A stretch of DNA of 64,000 bases, from assembly GCF_006345805.1 (NCBI RefSeq), contig NC_042999.1, positions 123,814,001 through 123,878,000 on the forward strand, given 5' to 3'. The notes below the pieces were generated by a model. That model had not been told where the DNA came from, searched no databases, and saw only the letters and a program-made list of their open reading frames with translations. Of this stretch, positions 26,330 to 39,896 are shown piece after piece. How positions within the stretch are numbered: position 1 is the first letter of the stretch; the number at the start of each line of letters is the position of its first letter. This DNA comes from Octopus sinensis (taxonomy: Eukaryota). The translations under genes were made by a program, and so were the position numbers.

Positions 26330-27502
26330 ATTTTATGACCAGAAACCTTTCTTGATGACAATCATTTTAGTGATCTTTGCAGTGTGGGTTCGCGCATTGT
26401 CCTGATGAAACATCACTTCTTTTCGATTCAATAAAGTAGGTCTTTTTCTTCAAAGCTTGGTTCAAATGCGCTAATTGCAGATAGTAGACTGGAGCAATGA
26501 TTGTTGCATTAGGTGGTAACAATTCAAAGTGAATTATTCCTTTGCAATCCCACCAGATAGATAGAAGTTCTCTTCTCGGTTGTGGTTGAACTTTTTCCCT
26601 TTTACAAAGTCACTGTTTACGACATTTATCATTTCAATAGAAGATCTTATTTTTCCTCACCAGTCACAAATCTATCCAAAAAGGGTGAAATGAGTTCACA
26701 AGAATGGAGAGAAGAGTAGATGTCAACTCGGGATTTGCAGGTACTTTCAGACAATTCATGAGGCACCAATTTTCCAAGTTTAGGAACCTTTCCAAGTTGT
26801 TGAAGATGACAATGAAGAGTTGTATGGTTTGAACTAAGCTTTATTGTCAATTCTTCAACTGATAATGCAGGATTTTCTTAAAGTAATGCCTCAAGGAGCT
26901 TATCATCAAACTCAACTGGACATACTGTTTGATCTTCATCTTCAAGGCTGAAATCTCCACTTCTGAATTTTGCAAATCATCTTCTGCAAGTTCTTTCACT
27001 CAAGCATTCTTTCCCATAAACTGAGTGTATGTTTCGAGTCGCTTCAGCTGCAGAGTTTCCTTTCTTGTACTCACAAAGCATTATGCGCCTTAAATGCTCT
27101 TTGGATACTTCCATGTAAGAAAGGGTTTTAATCAAAAAAATTTTAATTCTATTATTCTGTAAAATAATATTTAATTAGTTTAAATGTACACAAATGCCCC
27201 CTGTGCTGGTGGCATGTAAAAAGCACCATCCGATCGTGGCCGTTTGCCAGCCTCGTCTGGCACGTAAAAAGCACCCACTACACTCACAGAGTGGTTGGCG
27301 TTAGGAAGGGCATCCAGCCGTAGAAACATTGCCAGATCAGACTGGGCCTGGTGCAGCCTTCTGGCTTCCCAGACCCCAGCATGGAAAGCGGACGCTAAAC
27401 GATGATGATGATGATGATGATTAGACATTCTAAAATACTATTAAATTTCATTCAATTTTAAAAAAGGTAAAATCAGACAGAACTTATGGGATGACCTGAT
27501 AT
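26330..27502 (-). mobile_element. Decayed mariner element (5' TIR retained, 3' end truncated), interrupted by an insertion at 27195-27421
   Basis: TIR-like TATCAGGTCATCCCATAAGTTCTGTCTGATTT; frame from ATG 27114 reads MEVSKEHLRRIMLCEYKKGNSAAEATRNIHSVYG..FAKFRSGDFSL..LVPHELS..FVTGEEK and later HQDNARTH. Confidence 0.9.
27195..27421 (+). mobile_element. Short RTE-linked element with (GAT)n tail (family D)
   Basis: GGCACGTAAAAAGCACC..GGTTGGCGTTAGGAAGGGCATCCAGCCGTAGAAAC..GCATGGAAAGCGGACGCTAAACGATGATGAT; related copies at about 18770-18975, 29855-30012, 32108-32281, 40105-40277, 57930-58115 and 58672-58800. Confidence 0.8.
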
Positions 27503-29321
27503 ATAGAGATTTTAATATTCATGTTTTATGGAGGTAGAATTTGTTTATAAAGTTTCTTTAAATTCTGTTCTAGATCTATGCTAAAGCATTATAGAAGGTG
27601 TTTATATATTCATGTATGAAAATCATGAGAAAAACATTTTAATTAAAAACATTGCTTACAGAACAATAAATACCTTGAGAGAAACATGCAGACCTAAAAC
27701 CTTTGTCCAAATACCTGTTTGAGCATCAGAGCACACGAAAAACAATTTTCTATACTATCAATACCATGACATGCCATCACTAATGAACTCTTCCTCACAA
27801 ATGAAAACAAGAAATAACAAATAAAAATATGACCAGCAAAAATTACCTCCTACCTACAATCTTTTGTGAGAAAAAAAGTTGACATACCCAGTTATTAAGG
27901 GCCAATAAACTAGCCTTTGTACCACTGAGCTTTACATTTTCAAAGCAAAAGGATTAAATTCACCAAACCAAAAACAAAAAAATACTCTCACACCTTGTGC
28001 CTACCTAACAAAAGAGCAATACCTACACACTTATTTGCAAAGTTCTACATACATGAGTAAATTTTCAGCAATATTTAATTAATTAAAAAATTTCTCCAAA
28101 CCACCTCTCCATAGCAAACCACCCTAAAAACCTAATTTACCACTGCACTCAAATCCATACACCAAAGGAAGATTATAATTTAACAGAGACTATATAAAGA
28201 CAAGACTAAATTTAATGCATCACAGTTCGATGATGGCGTAACTGGCCCAAACTTCGAAATTACTATTAGTAATATTCTTGTTTAAGAATGATCAGATTGT
28301 ACTCAACAACAGTATAGAGTAAAACACACACACACACTCACATACATATACGTACACACACACATATATATATCATGACCATTTGTGTTCTCAGCTCTAT
28401 CTCTTAGATTAGTTTGCTTAACAAAGGTTAATTAGAGGTAGGCCATAAACTTGCTAGCATCTGGCATGTGAAGCTTTCAACTGGTAGCACTTGCATCTGC
28501 AAGTTGTTTGCAAAATATATTGGGTCTAATTGCATTCCATTCTGCTCTATCTTCAGTAAAATTATCAACAAAGAGTCAGTGATGGAGTCTCAGAAAAATA
28601 GTGGAAATAGCAGCCGATTTCCTCTCAAACTGAAACTTACTATCTTTGAAACTGTGAGAGAAGGACAAGTTATCTGAAAATATGACGCAATGCTCATAAA
28701 TTGAATGTTGTGATGATAGAAGTGCTTGATCAGAACTGCTCTGAGGGTGAACAACAATGGTAACAACAACCTCCAACACTACAACAACAACAACAATAAC
28801 AACAAAACCACCCTCTATTACTTTTCATCATCCATAATATATTTATCAACTAAGACTTCAAACTAAACAGTAAATTGAGCTTTCTTTTCAAATATCAATA
28901 TTTCTGTAAGTTAGAAGAATAGTTTCCTTGCATCCAGATTCAGTGTCATCTCTTTTTTGTTAGACCCAACATTTATTGTGACCACCCTTATGTCAGATTA
29001 CTACTGTATCCTACAGTTCATGATGCTACTTGTTCTATTATTTGCATTATTTGATCATACAAGAAAAGTAATCTCTGTTGTATTAAATAGCTGGTGCCTT
29101 TGATACCAAAAATGACATTTTTATATTTGTTTATATTAATTTCTGCTTTTTAGGTTTCATATTAAGTAGACCATTTTTAAACTGCATCTTCTTAAAATGT
29201 TACACATATTTCTATTTTTGATTTTTGGCATGCCACTTTTCTGAAGTAAGTATCATAATCTTAAAGATTAAAGGTAAGTTCTGAGAACTTTGAACTATAA
29301 CTGATATGTGCCCTATATTTC

Positions 29322-29703
29322 TCACTGCAGGTGTGGCTGTATGGTAAGAAGCTTGCTTTCCAACCACATGGTTCCAGGTTCGGTCTCACAGCATGGCACC
29401 TTGGGCAAGTATCTTTTACTACAAGTCAACCAAAACCTTGTGAGTCGATTTGGTAAACAGAAAAGGAAAGAAGCCCTTTGTATGTATATATATATATGTG
29501 TGTGTGTTTGTGTATGTGTGTATATGTTTATGTGTGTGTGTATTTGAGATCAATAGAATAAGAGATCAATAGAATAAGTACTAGGCTTACAAAAAATAAG
29601 TCCTGAGGTCGATTTCCTTAACTTAAAACCCTTTAGGGCAGTGCTCCAGCATGGCCACTGTCAAATGACTGAAACGTGTAAAAGAATAAAAGAGTGAAAG
29701 AAT
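29322..29703 (+). mobile_element. SINE family A
   Basis: Head, core and tail present; internal deletion and a 16-bp tandem duplication GAGATCAATAGAATAA. Confidence 0.85.
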
Positions 29704-30057
29704 ACATATGTATGTATATATGTATATATATATATATCAAGGTAAATGTTTCAACCACATCCCACTCAGTTGCAGGAGCTTTTTGTCTAGTGAATTATTC
29801 GGTGATCTCATTAGCATTGGGGTGGGGGAATAGTCATTTTTAAAAAAAGCACCCTGTACACTGTTAATGGGTTGTTGTTAGAAAGGGCATAAATGTCATG
29901 CTGAAGCATACATTAGAAGTTGAAGTAGTCATCCAACTCACTGAATCCTGCTGAATCATCCAGCCCATACCAGAATGGAAGGTGAAACATTAAATGATGA
30001 TAATCATCATCATCAAGCAAGCTAAATTTAGGTCATTATTGACCTAAATTTAGCTTT

Positions 30058-30478
30058 TGTGTTTCTTTATTGCCCACAAGGGGCTAAACATAGAGGGGAC
30101 AAACAAGGACAGACAAAGAGATTAAGTCGATTACATTGACCCCAGTGCGTAACTGGTACTTAATTTATTGACCCCAAAATGATGAAAGGCAAAGTCGACC
30201 TCAGCGGAATTTGAACTCAGAACGTAATGGCAGATGAAATACCTATTTCTTTACGACCCACAAGGGGCTAAACACAGAGAGGACAAGCAAGGACAGACAA
30301 ATGGATTAAATCGATTATATCGACCCCAGTGCGTAATTGGTACTTATTTAATCAACCCTGAAAGGATGAAAGGCAAAGTCGACCTCGGTGGAATTTGAAC
30401 TCAGAACGTAGCGGCAGACGAAATACCATTAAGCATTTCACCGAGCGTGCTAGCGCTTCTGCCAGCTCACTGCCTTTA
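30058..30478 (-). mobile_element. SINE family B with tandemly duplicated 3' body (about 190 bp period)
   Basis: cccacaaggggctaaac..gaaaggcaaagtcgacctc..gaactcagaacgta occurs twice; flanked by AATTTAGCTTT direct repeats (putative TSD). Confidence 0.85.
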
Positions 30479-30906
30479 ATTTAGCTTTCTTATTTGCCCA
30501 CCAAATCACAAAAGTAGTTTTCTCTATATTAACTGATATAAACAAGGAATTAATTGTTCTATACCCAATATTTCTCTACTGGAAGATTCACTATATATAT
30601 ATAGGATCTGTGTTTCCATGCAGTGGTACAATCCTGCTTTAAATTTTATCCTTTACTGGCTTTGTTAAAATTCTCTCACTACTGCCTTCTCCATTAGCTT
30701 AAATCTTTTCTAATTTCCTTTCTCTAATTATTTCTGTAGTCATCCTCATAATGACTTCAAAATTCAATTCTTGCTTGGAACATTAAAGTGACATTTGAAG
30801 GATGATCATTTGATAAAACCATCGTCTATGTAAAAATGAACAAAGATATAAATAGTCAAAGGACTTTTCTTTATAAAGACACACACACACATGTATATAT
30901 GAATGC

Positions 30907-30964
<58 letters not shown>

Positions 30965-31291
30965 GTGTGTAATGGTGTGTGTATGTGCATATATGTGCAC
31001 GTGTGCGTGTGTGTGAGATCTAATATACAATCACCAAATTATAGGATGTGGTATCTTCTTGGTTGACAAATGCAAATTTGCGCTATATTCTATGTCTAAT
31101 ACATCTTTGTAGATGACTCAATATACATATGGTAACTGTAGTTCTGTAGTTCCATGTCTTGGAACTCTCCCAAAACTGCATTCTATTATCTATTAGCTTC
31201 ACTAAAAGTTTCTCTACCATTATCATTACTCAATTCATTAGCTTAACTTCTCTGTAATTTCCTCTCTTTCCAGTATGTTTGCCTTGTCTTC

Positions 31292-31323
<32 letters not shown>

Positions 31324-32390
31324 GATAATAATAATAAAAGTAGCAATTCTGCCATATCGTCTACACAATTTAATTAACAAAGCATGTGACTAGAATTACT
31401 TGCAGCTTTCCTTGACTTTATTGTTTTAATTGTGTTGCTTGTCATTTGTTGTTTAATATTTTCACACTATTCTTTACTGATTTTTTTCTATCTTGTCTAT
31501 TTCTTACACTTTGTTCAGCAGCATATGATAAAATATTTCCATATTTTCTTGAACTGCATTATGTCTGGAAGTATGGGTCGCCCCACTGACTATAGCCACT
31601 TTTATATACTCCCTACACCTTCCTCCTTTCCACTCCTACACCTTGTGCTTCATCCATTCCACCAACTGTCTAATCTACCCTTCCTGAACCACTTCTCTCT
31701 CTCTACTCTCACCCTCTCTCCATACAAATATGTCCCATCAACTGTACTTCTACTACCCCACCCCATCTCTAACTATCTATTACTCTCCCCTCACAAAAGT
31801 ACACACTCCCACCTCCCCACTTCTGACTCACTCTCTGTGTCCTCTCTTTTTACTTGTTGTAACGTCAAGGTTTACTCTGGCACTGCATCACTATCCTCTT
31901 TATCCCTTCAAAATTTCTTCCACCCACCCTTATATAATGCACGGTAACCAGGTATCCCCCTATGCTTGTCCCTCTATCATAGCCTTTGCACAAAGCCTCC
32001 TGTCCCTTAACACTCTCCACTAACTAGTGGCAGGTGCTTTTCCTTTCTCCTTATTCTCTCTCTCTTTCTCTCTCCTACAAGTTACATAGCAATCTCAATA
32101 ATATCAGTAGCACGAAAAAAGCACCCAGTTCTTATTGTAAAGTGGTTGGCATTTAAAAAGTTATCCAGCCCTAGAAACTATGCCAAAGGTGACAGTGAAG
32201 CTCAGGATATCCCTACAGCTTGCTGTATCCTGCCAAACCAGCCACCAAATGCCAGTATGGAAAAAGGATATTAAATGATGTCTTGGTCTATTACCACTTG
32301 CTAACCTCAACTACAACAGTTTCCTTGTAGACTTTATCACCGACGCTTACCACCAACTAATTCCTTTGCACTACATCATAGAATGAGAAG

Positions 32391-32605
32391 TGGAGTCACG
32401 TAGCTTAGTGGTTAGGGTGTCAGCATCATGATCGCAAGATTGTGGTTTCGATTCCTGGACCGGGCGACACGTTGTGTTCTTGAGAAAAACACTTCATTTT
32501 ACGTTGCTCCAGTCCACTCAGCTGGCAAAAATGAGTAAAGCTGTGATGGACTGGTGTCCCGTCCAGCTGGGAACACATACACCATGGGTGCATTTATTTA
32601 TTTTC
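32391..32605 (+). mobile_element. SINE family C (tRNA head, CORE-like block, V-like block)
   Basis: TAGCTTAGTGGTTAGG A-box, GTTTCGATTCC B-box, TTCTTGAGAAAAACACTTCA, GATGGACTGGTGTCCCGTCCAG. Confidence 0.85.
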
Positions 32606-33055
32606 ATAGGATGAGAACCTTTTTATGCTGAAAGGCTTCATTGAAGTTAATTTTCACCTGAATAGATTGTTTTCTCATTCATTCATATGTTTGTTGTTTG
32701 TTCCAATGTCTGTTTTCTAACTTTTCCATGTTAGCATGGATTCAATGAAGATTTGTTATTGCAGCATTATTTTGCAGTTGGACACCCTTTCTGTCACTAA
32801 CCCAAAACTTTTTTCTTTTATTCTTTTTAACTAAGGGAACTTTTTAATTTCACTTGCCTCGAAAGGTGAAGAAGAATTACAAAACAATTTGTTAATAGGG
32901 TATGTTAATATCATTGTTTTGCTGAAGTAGTTTCATGCAAAAATACAGAATGTAAACATTCATAGACATGAACACATACACAAATATATATACATACATG
33001 CATATCTATGTAAGTATGTGGATGGATGGATGGATGGATGAACGGATGGATGGAT

Positions 33056-33345
33056 AGGCATGGCTGTGTGGTAAGAAGCTTGCTTCCTAATCACATGGTT
33101 CTGGGTTCAGTCCTACTGTGTAACACCTTGGGCAAGTGTCTTCTAGTATAGCCTCAGGCCAACGAAAGCTTAGTGAGGGGATTTGGTAGATGGAAAAGGA
33201 AAGAACCCCATTGTATGTATATATATATATATGTATATATATGTAAGTATTTGTGTGTCTGTGTTTGTCCCCCCACCATCACTTGACAACTGATGCCCGT
33301 GTGTTTATGTCTCTGTAACTTAGTGGTTCAGCAAAAGAGACCAAT
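33056..33345 (+). mobile_element. SINE family A (3' truncated)
   Basis: Head and core through AAAAGAGACCAATAG, then (GA)n. Confidence 0.85.
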
Positions 33346-34041
33346 AGAGAGAGAGAGAGAGAGTGAGAAAGAAAGAGAAATACATATAAATCTATACATA
33401 TAAATTTGACATGGCCGATTCTTTCTTGTCTTGGTATTCACAGTCAAATGGCTGGGTGGAATTGCATGAAAAGTTACACAGATGTGTAGAATGATCCAGT
33501 AGAGTTGCGGTGCTTTGTATTTTTTTGCATAGCTCCCATGGTTACCGAGATAATCTACTATAACAATACTCTTGTGTTTATGAATGAGAAAGGAAGGGGT
33601 GATAGATGAATAAGGAAGGAAGGAAGGGGTGATGTCATACTTGGTAGTGGGATGATGAAAATTGTACGCTGAAAAAATAAATCAAACAGCGTTTTAGCTC
33701 TGTGTGAATATATGTGTGTATATGTAAAAAGGGGTATGTGAATGTGTGTGTGTGTTTGTGTATGTATGTGTGTGTGCTTGTGTGTGTGAGTGTGCAAGTG
33801 CACGTTCAATAGAAGTGGGATGGTTCATCATTGTTCACTTAGTATTTGGGTTTATTTTTTGATTTGGTTGAATCTTGGTTGTTTTTTTTTTTGTTAGTCA
33901 GTTATTTTTAGTGTTTGACAGAAAAATGTCATTCTAAAATTGTTTTTTAATGTAAGTGTGCTCAAACAAGTCAAATGCTTACACAGAGCAGGTTTTACAG
34001 CCAAACCGGCTGAGTGAAACCAGGCTTAGCAGCTAGTATAC

Positions 34042-34115
<74 letters not shown>

Positions 34116-34197
34116 TCTACATACATGCATGTAAATACAAGCATACATATATACATATATGTATATAGATAATCCAAATAAGAAGACAAAGAAAGAG

Positions 34198-34922
34198 TTA
34201 AGCATTCTTTAATGAGTAGTTACAATTGTTTTGGTATGACTCTGTTTTTAATGCCATTGAGCACAAAAGTTCCATATGAAAAGTTATGTAATATTCATGG
34301 TTTAATACAGTGGAGTGGAACTTCATAATATCTGCATCAAAAGATGCACTCTTACATTGCGTGTCTATCAAGCATTGTATGTTGCTTATATTGGGGGAAA
34401 ACAATAAATATTCTTATTTTATATTTATTTTATACTTATTGTTTCCTTGGCAGAGGCATGTGGCTTAGTGGTTAGGATATCAGCATCATGATCCTAAGAT
34501 TTTGGTTTCAATTCCTGGACCGGGCGATGCATTGTGTTCTTGAGCAAAACATTTCATTTCACGTTGCTCTAGTCCACTCAGCTGGCAAAAATGAGTAATG
34601 CTGTGATGGACTGGCGTCTTGTCCAGCTGGGGAACACATACGCCATAGAAACTGGGAAACCGGGCCCATGAGCCTGGATAGGCTTTAAAAGGGCGCATTT
34701 ATTTATTTTATTTTATTGTTTCCTTACAATATAAGCAACATACAATGTTTGACAGTTGCACAATGTGAAAATCCACCTTTTGATGCAAATCTGATGACAA
34801 ACCACTCTAATATTTAAAACTGCAAATATTATGCAACTTACCATGTGGAACTTTTGCATGCAATGGCATTAAAAACAGAATGGTACTGAACCAATTGTAA
34901 CTGGTCATTAAAGAAGTGCTAA
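34198..34922. repeat. Imperfect long inverted repeat (arms about 210 bp: 34198-34407 and 34713-34922), probably an old palindromic MITE
   Basis: Arms share CTGTTTTTAATGCCATTG, CAAAAGTTCCA, GCATCAAAAG and CATTGTATGTTGCTTATATTG in reverse complement. Confidence 0.85.
34449..34712 (+). mobile_element. Full-length SINE family C with 13-bp TSD
   Basis: TTATTGTTTCCTT at 34436-34448 and 34713-34725 flanks a tRNA-headed element ending in a (TTTA)n tail. Confidence 0.9.
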
Positions 34923-37509
34923 ATGCTTTTTTTGCCTCTTTATTGCGATTATACTTTATTTTTCACTAGACCCATGCAATGGACTTAGAAATGTGATACC
35001 TGGATTTTCTACATAGAAGAATTTCGATTGTCCTTGAGATGTCAGTCCAAGAGTGTAGGCAGCCTTGAGTTTGGGCAGAGTGCTGTATGGGAAATACTTT
35101 GGTTTTCTGCACTTCCAGGTCCAAAATAAATAAATAAACAAATAAATAAATCACCATCATCATCATCATCTAGCATCTGTTCTCCATGCTGGCATGGCTG
35201 GGTAGTTTGATAAGAGCTGCCCAAGGATGGCTGGCTGACTGGTTGGATGGATGGATGGACGGATGGATAGATGAATGGATGGATAAAGTGAGGTATATAT
35301 TTGTTTATGTGAGTTTATATGCATGTATGTATGTACATATACAACTATTTATCAATTCCACTCACAAGTCATAGGTTGGCTCGATGTTATGGTAGAAGAC
35401 ACTTGACCAAGATGTCACACAGTTTAGTTAGAACTCAGAACCACATGATTATAAAGTGAGCCATACCAGCACCTTTCCAAAAATATGTTTATACACCTAA
35501 ACCTATTATTATATAAAATATAACTATTCATAAACCTCTAATAAAATATATAAATGCCAGTCTTGAAATAAGCGGCCTACCATATCACTTTCCATCTGCC
35601 TTTTTTTTTTTTTTTAATTTCTTTTGATTTCTATGTTTTAAACACAATTGTAATTACAAGTGTAAATGAAAAAATATAAATAGGTGTTTCTAAAATTTAC
35701 AATTAGCTGCAATTAAATATAATTAAATGAACAAAAATATATTCCAATATAATGATTTTTCCAGCAAACATTTTTCTTCTTTCAGAAAACCAGTTAGCTC
35801 GTCCTCTTGAGAACATCATAGGTTCCCAACTTCTGTCCTACACCATGTTATGACCAGCAAGTTATCTTAACTCTGAACATTTTGATGTTTAGCTTACAAG
35901 TTTAAAAATTTTATTTCTGTCTAAAACTCTGAAAGGCAATAAAGCACCATCTATTCTTGCTTATATCTATTGAAGAATATACTTCTTCTCCAAAATAGTA
36001 TTCATAATTCCTTTATTGTGATTCTTATTCAATTATAGTATAACTCAAGTTAAACCAACCCTGAAAATTATGTCTTATTATCATATTTCATTGGGTGTTT
36101 TTCAACATTTATCACTTAAGTATGTTAACATTATCATACCTATTCTTATTTTTCTCTTCATCATTATTACCACAGTCATCCTCCTCTTTCTCATTATCAT
36201 TACCACAAAATCTTTCTCCTCATCATCATAACCAAACCAAGTCTCCCTTTCCCCATCTCAATCTTCCTCATCATTATTACTATCGCTATTCACATCTTCC
36301 TCATCATCATTAGTAGCAGTGGTACCATCTCACCACCAACCTTGTCATCATCATTATATGCCTCATAACTATGATCACAATAGCATTCATGATTATCATC
36401 ACTGTCAGTACCAGTATGAATGCTTTATATAACCATAGTTACTTTACTTTTCATTGAAAATATAAGATTTAGACATTTTGGTTCAACAGAACAGGTCTGC
36501 TAATCAAATTGTATCCGTTCTTATAAGGTTTGCTAATTTCTGAGGTTATGTATTATAAAACTGAACAGTAATTTAATGAAACTTTAGTTTTTATATGTTA
36601 GTGTATTTTCCCAACCGATCTTTATGTCTGTCTCAACATGAAGTAATTGGAAATTTGATCCAATGAAGAGTGAAGGGAGGTATCTATAGGACCTCACTAT
36701 TTGTCTAATGTAGCAGACAAATTAACCTTAATACACTCCCTGCTGTTCTAAAATTTAGGATAATGTGGAGTATGGTTACAAATAGAAACACCATTTAAAT
36801 GTTCCATTCACTTATCTTCATGCCATAAGTTTGATCATGCAGTACTGAGCTGAACAAGTGAACAACTATAAAAACTTCAAAAGCAACAACTATCATTACT
36901 TCTACTACTTCTATAACTGCAGTAATAACATTTGCAAACAAAATAAAATGTTCAGTACATGGGTTAAACTGAGAAGAGCAAAAAAAAAAACCAAAAAAAA
37001 AACCCAACAGAAAATAAACAAATAAAACCTCGGAAATTTTTGCAAATTATTATGATTACTCTAAATAAACCTGTGTTTCATTTAGATTTACATTTGTTAG
37101 TCTTTCTTTTTATCTTGTTTCTTTCTCCTCTCAAGAATATAATATCCTTTTAATGTAATCTTCACAGTATGCCTCACTGACACAGGAATAAATGACAAAA
37201 TTAATTAACAAAACATTTTATTTTGATAACTTGATACACCTTTAACATTTTAAAACTAAATTTATCCAGTCAGTAAAATAAACTTCAACTTCACTAGCAG
37301 ATAATTTCCTGCAATATTCTCCAAATGCCAATACTTATAAATCCCAACGGAGTCATAATTTGTTTGTTGTGTTTGCTTGTTTTATATAAAAGGCGGGCAA
37401 GGAAACACTTGTAATAAAATGCTTGTTACTGCAATCCAATCTATTTAACAAGGTTATGAAACCAGCAGCTGCAATACAAAAAGGTTCTTCTCTTGCAACT
37501 TCTTATCAG

Positions 37510-37581
37510 AATTATTCTGTATGTTTTACTGTTTCTTTGTTGTTTATATTTGGCTTCCTTTGTTGTCTTACTTTCACTCTG
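37510..37581 (+). CDS. Candidate 72-nt exon, hydrophobic in all frames
   Basis: ttctcttgcaacttcttatcag|..CTCTG|gtaagt; open in all three frames because it is T-rich, so weak evidence. Confidence 0.15.
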
Positions 37582-38589
37582 GTAAGTACCTTTCTTGGAA
37601 GTTTTGAGTCTCAAAATGTTGTCAGAAGCATGTTAGCAGATTTATTCTCCAGATAATTATCGAAGTCATGTTAGTGATACTTGTGAAGTGAATCTTGGCA
37701 TTGCTATAAGCATAACGTACAATGCATGCATGAGTGGAAACACTAACACATAAGCATATTTATATAGACTCACACTCACATAATCAGAATTACTTACACA
37801 TATGCACATATATGAATGCACACAACTTCATATACGCAATTAACTACTGGTAGGTATACTTTTGATTTTATCCTCTCAAAGAAAATAAAATCTTCAGAAA
37901 GTAAGATACTGCTATTATATCACTTGTTAATTCTTAGAATAAAGTGACAAAGCTTAAATTTTTCATTCAATTAATGTTCATTTTTCTATACTAGCATAAG
38001 TTTAGCTGGAGAGCTATTTGATGCTAGAATTTACAGCAAGATGCTCTTATTGTCACCAACCCTTGTCCACAATCTTATATATTTCTCAAATAAGGAATTT
38101 CTTTATTCCACAAATCTTCAAATGCACAAAATGACAGGTGACAGTGTCAACAAGTAATGTCAGCCAATTTGTGCTCTATATATTTATATTACACCAGCAT
38201 GTAATATAAATATTCACACACATATAGACACATACACAAATACACAAATACAACAGGTGACCTGCAGTTTCCAACAAACGAATTCCCTCATATGGCATTG
38301 TTAACCCAGAGCTGTAGCAGAAAAAAAAACAAGGTGCTGTGCAGTAGAACTGAAGTGAAACCACATGGTAACAAAGTGAACTTCTTAATTAAAAGACATA
38401 TTTGTCCATATGGTAGCAAAGCTAGCTTCTTAAACTCACATGCATGCCAAATTAAATATTCCTAAAAATGTGATTTTAAAGCTATTGTTTTTAATGTCTC
38501 TATTGTTATTTATGATATCATCAATCCACTTTTCCTCCTTTATATTGATGCTGGTCTCACTTGAATTTGGAGCATGTGACACAGGTACC

Positions 38590-39125
38590 CACATATTGCG
38601 TGATGGTGAATGGAACTGGGATGGATAGAAGGACAGTTTCATATATCTGGGAAGCTGGATAACATCAGATGAAATGTTAGGTAAGGACATCAAGTGCAGA
38701 ACTGGATTAGCAAAGAAGACTTTTATGGATACTAGGAGCATTTTTGTGCAAAGGGAATTGAAATGGAAGTCAATAAAAGACTATTAAAGTGCTACATGTG
38801 GTCATTACTAACATAGGGTGTGAGTCTTGAACGATAAGCAAAATCATGGAGAAGAGCCTCAAAGCTGCAGAAATGTAGTTTTATAGAAAAATGCTTAGAA
38901 TCTTGTGGGTACAGAGGGTGACGAATGTGGAAGTGTTGAAGAAGATGAAAGTGAAAAGACAGTTGATGGATACAAGCAGAGAGAGGCAGTGAAGATTTGT
39001 TGGTCGTTTTCTCAGAGAGGATGACGGAATGGAGCAGTACATGGTGGAGACTGAGCTGGTGGGAAGGAGAGTGTGAGGAAGGCAGAGAAGGAAGATGTTC
39101 GACAGGATGAATATCTTAACAATTT
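38590..39125 (+). mobile_element. RTE-clade LINE RT C-terminal remnant
   Basis: DSFIYLGSWITSDE..DIKCRTGLAKKTF / LKCYMWSLL / AAEM*FYRKMLRILWVQRVTNVEVLKKM..RERQ*RFVG..GRRV*GRQRR: typical RTE motifs with stops. Confidence 0.85.
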
Positions 39126-39841
39126 TTTCATCCAAATGAAGCTGAACACCATTCCTCCATGTGGTCAGCTTGAAAAATTTTAAAGATATTAACATGAAAC
39201 CAATGCTAGCTTTGATACACACACACACACACACATATATATATTGGCCTGCTCACCTAGCCAGCGGGATGGCATCATTCAAAAGCTAAAGTGATGCAAA
39301 GTACATTGTGACCAGCAATGTACAATAACACCCAGTAGTCTCGTCGATCACATGATCACTTTTTGTACATATAAGTGTGTGCATGTGCATGTGTGTGTGT
39401 GTATCTAATTTAGTGGTATAAGATGAGAATTGTGTGACTATCACAGAAAGCTCCTCTAAAGGACTTGGCTAACAGACCACTCGGTAACCCAACACAGTGA
39501 AGTGAAATACTGAGTGTCAATGCAGTTGAAATCCAGAATGAAATTACATCACGAGGAGTATATACACTAGAAAATGTCAGGCAGTATAAGAGGTGAATAT
39601 ATTTATTTAACCATTTGACACCCTGAGGATTACAACCATTTTGCAGCTTTCTTCATATAGCAATAATTTCTGCATGAAATACATGATGTTTCCATGTTTG
39701 CATTAATATGCATGCTACACCTTACATAATACAATTGTATATTTACAAATCAATGCAAAGAAAGAAAGCTAGCTCATCAGATCCCCAGAACACCAAGGAT
39801 TATATCCTACTTTATCTATCATACTGTTTATCTATAATCCT

Positions 39842-39896
<55 letters not shown>

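Noticed and set aside
31432-31947. 171-aa ORF
   Set aside because: Pyrimidine-rich low-complexity sequence (L/S/P/H-biased) with no recognisable domain or splice context.
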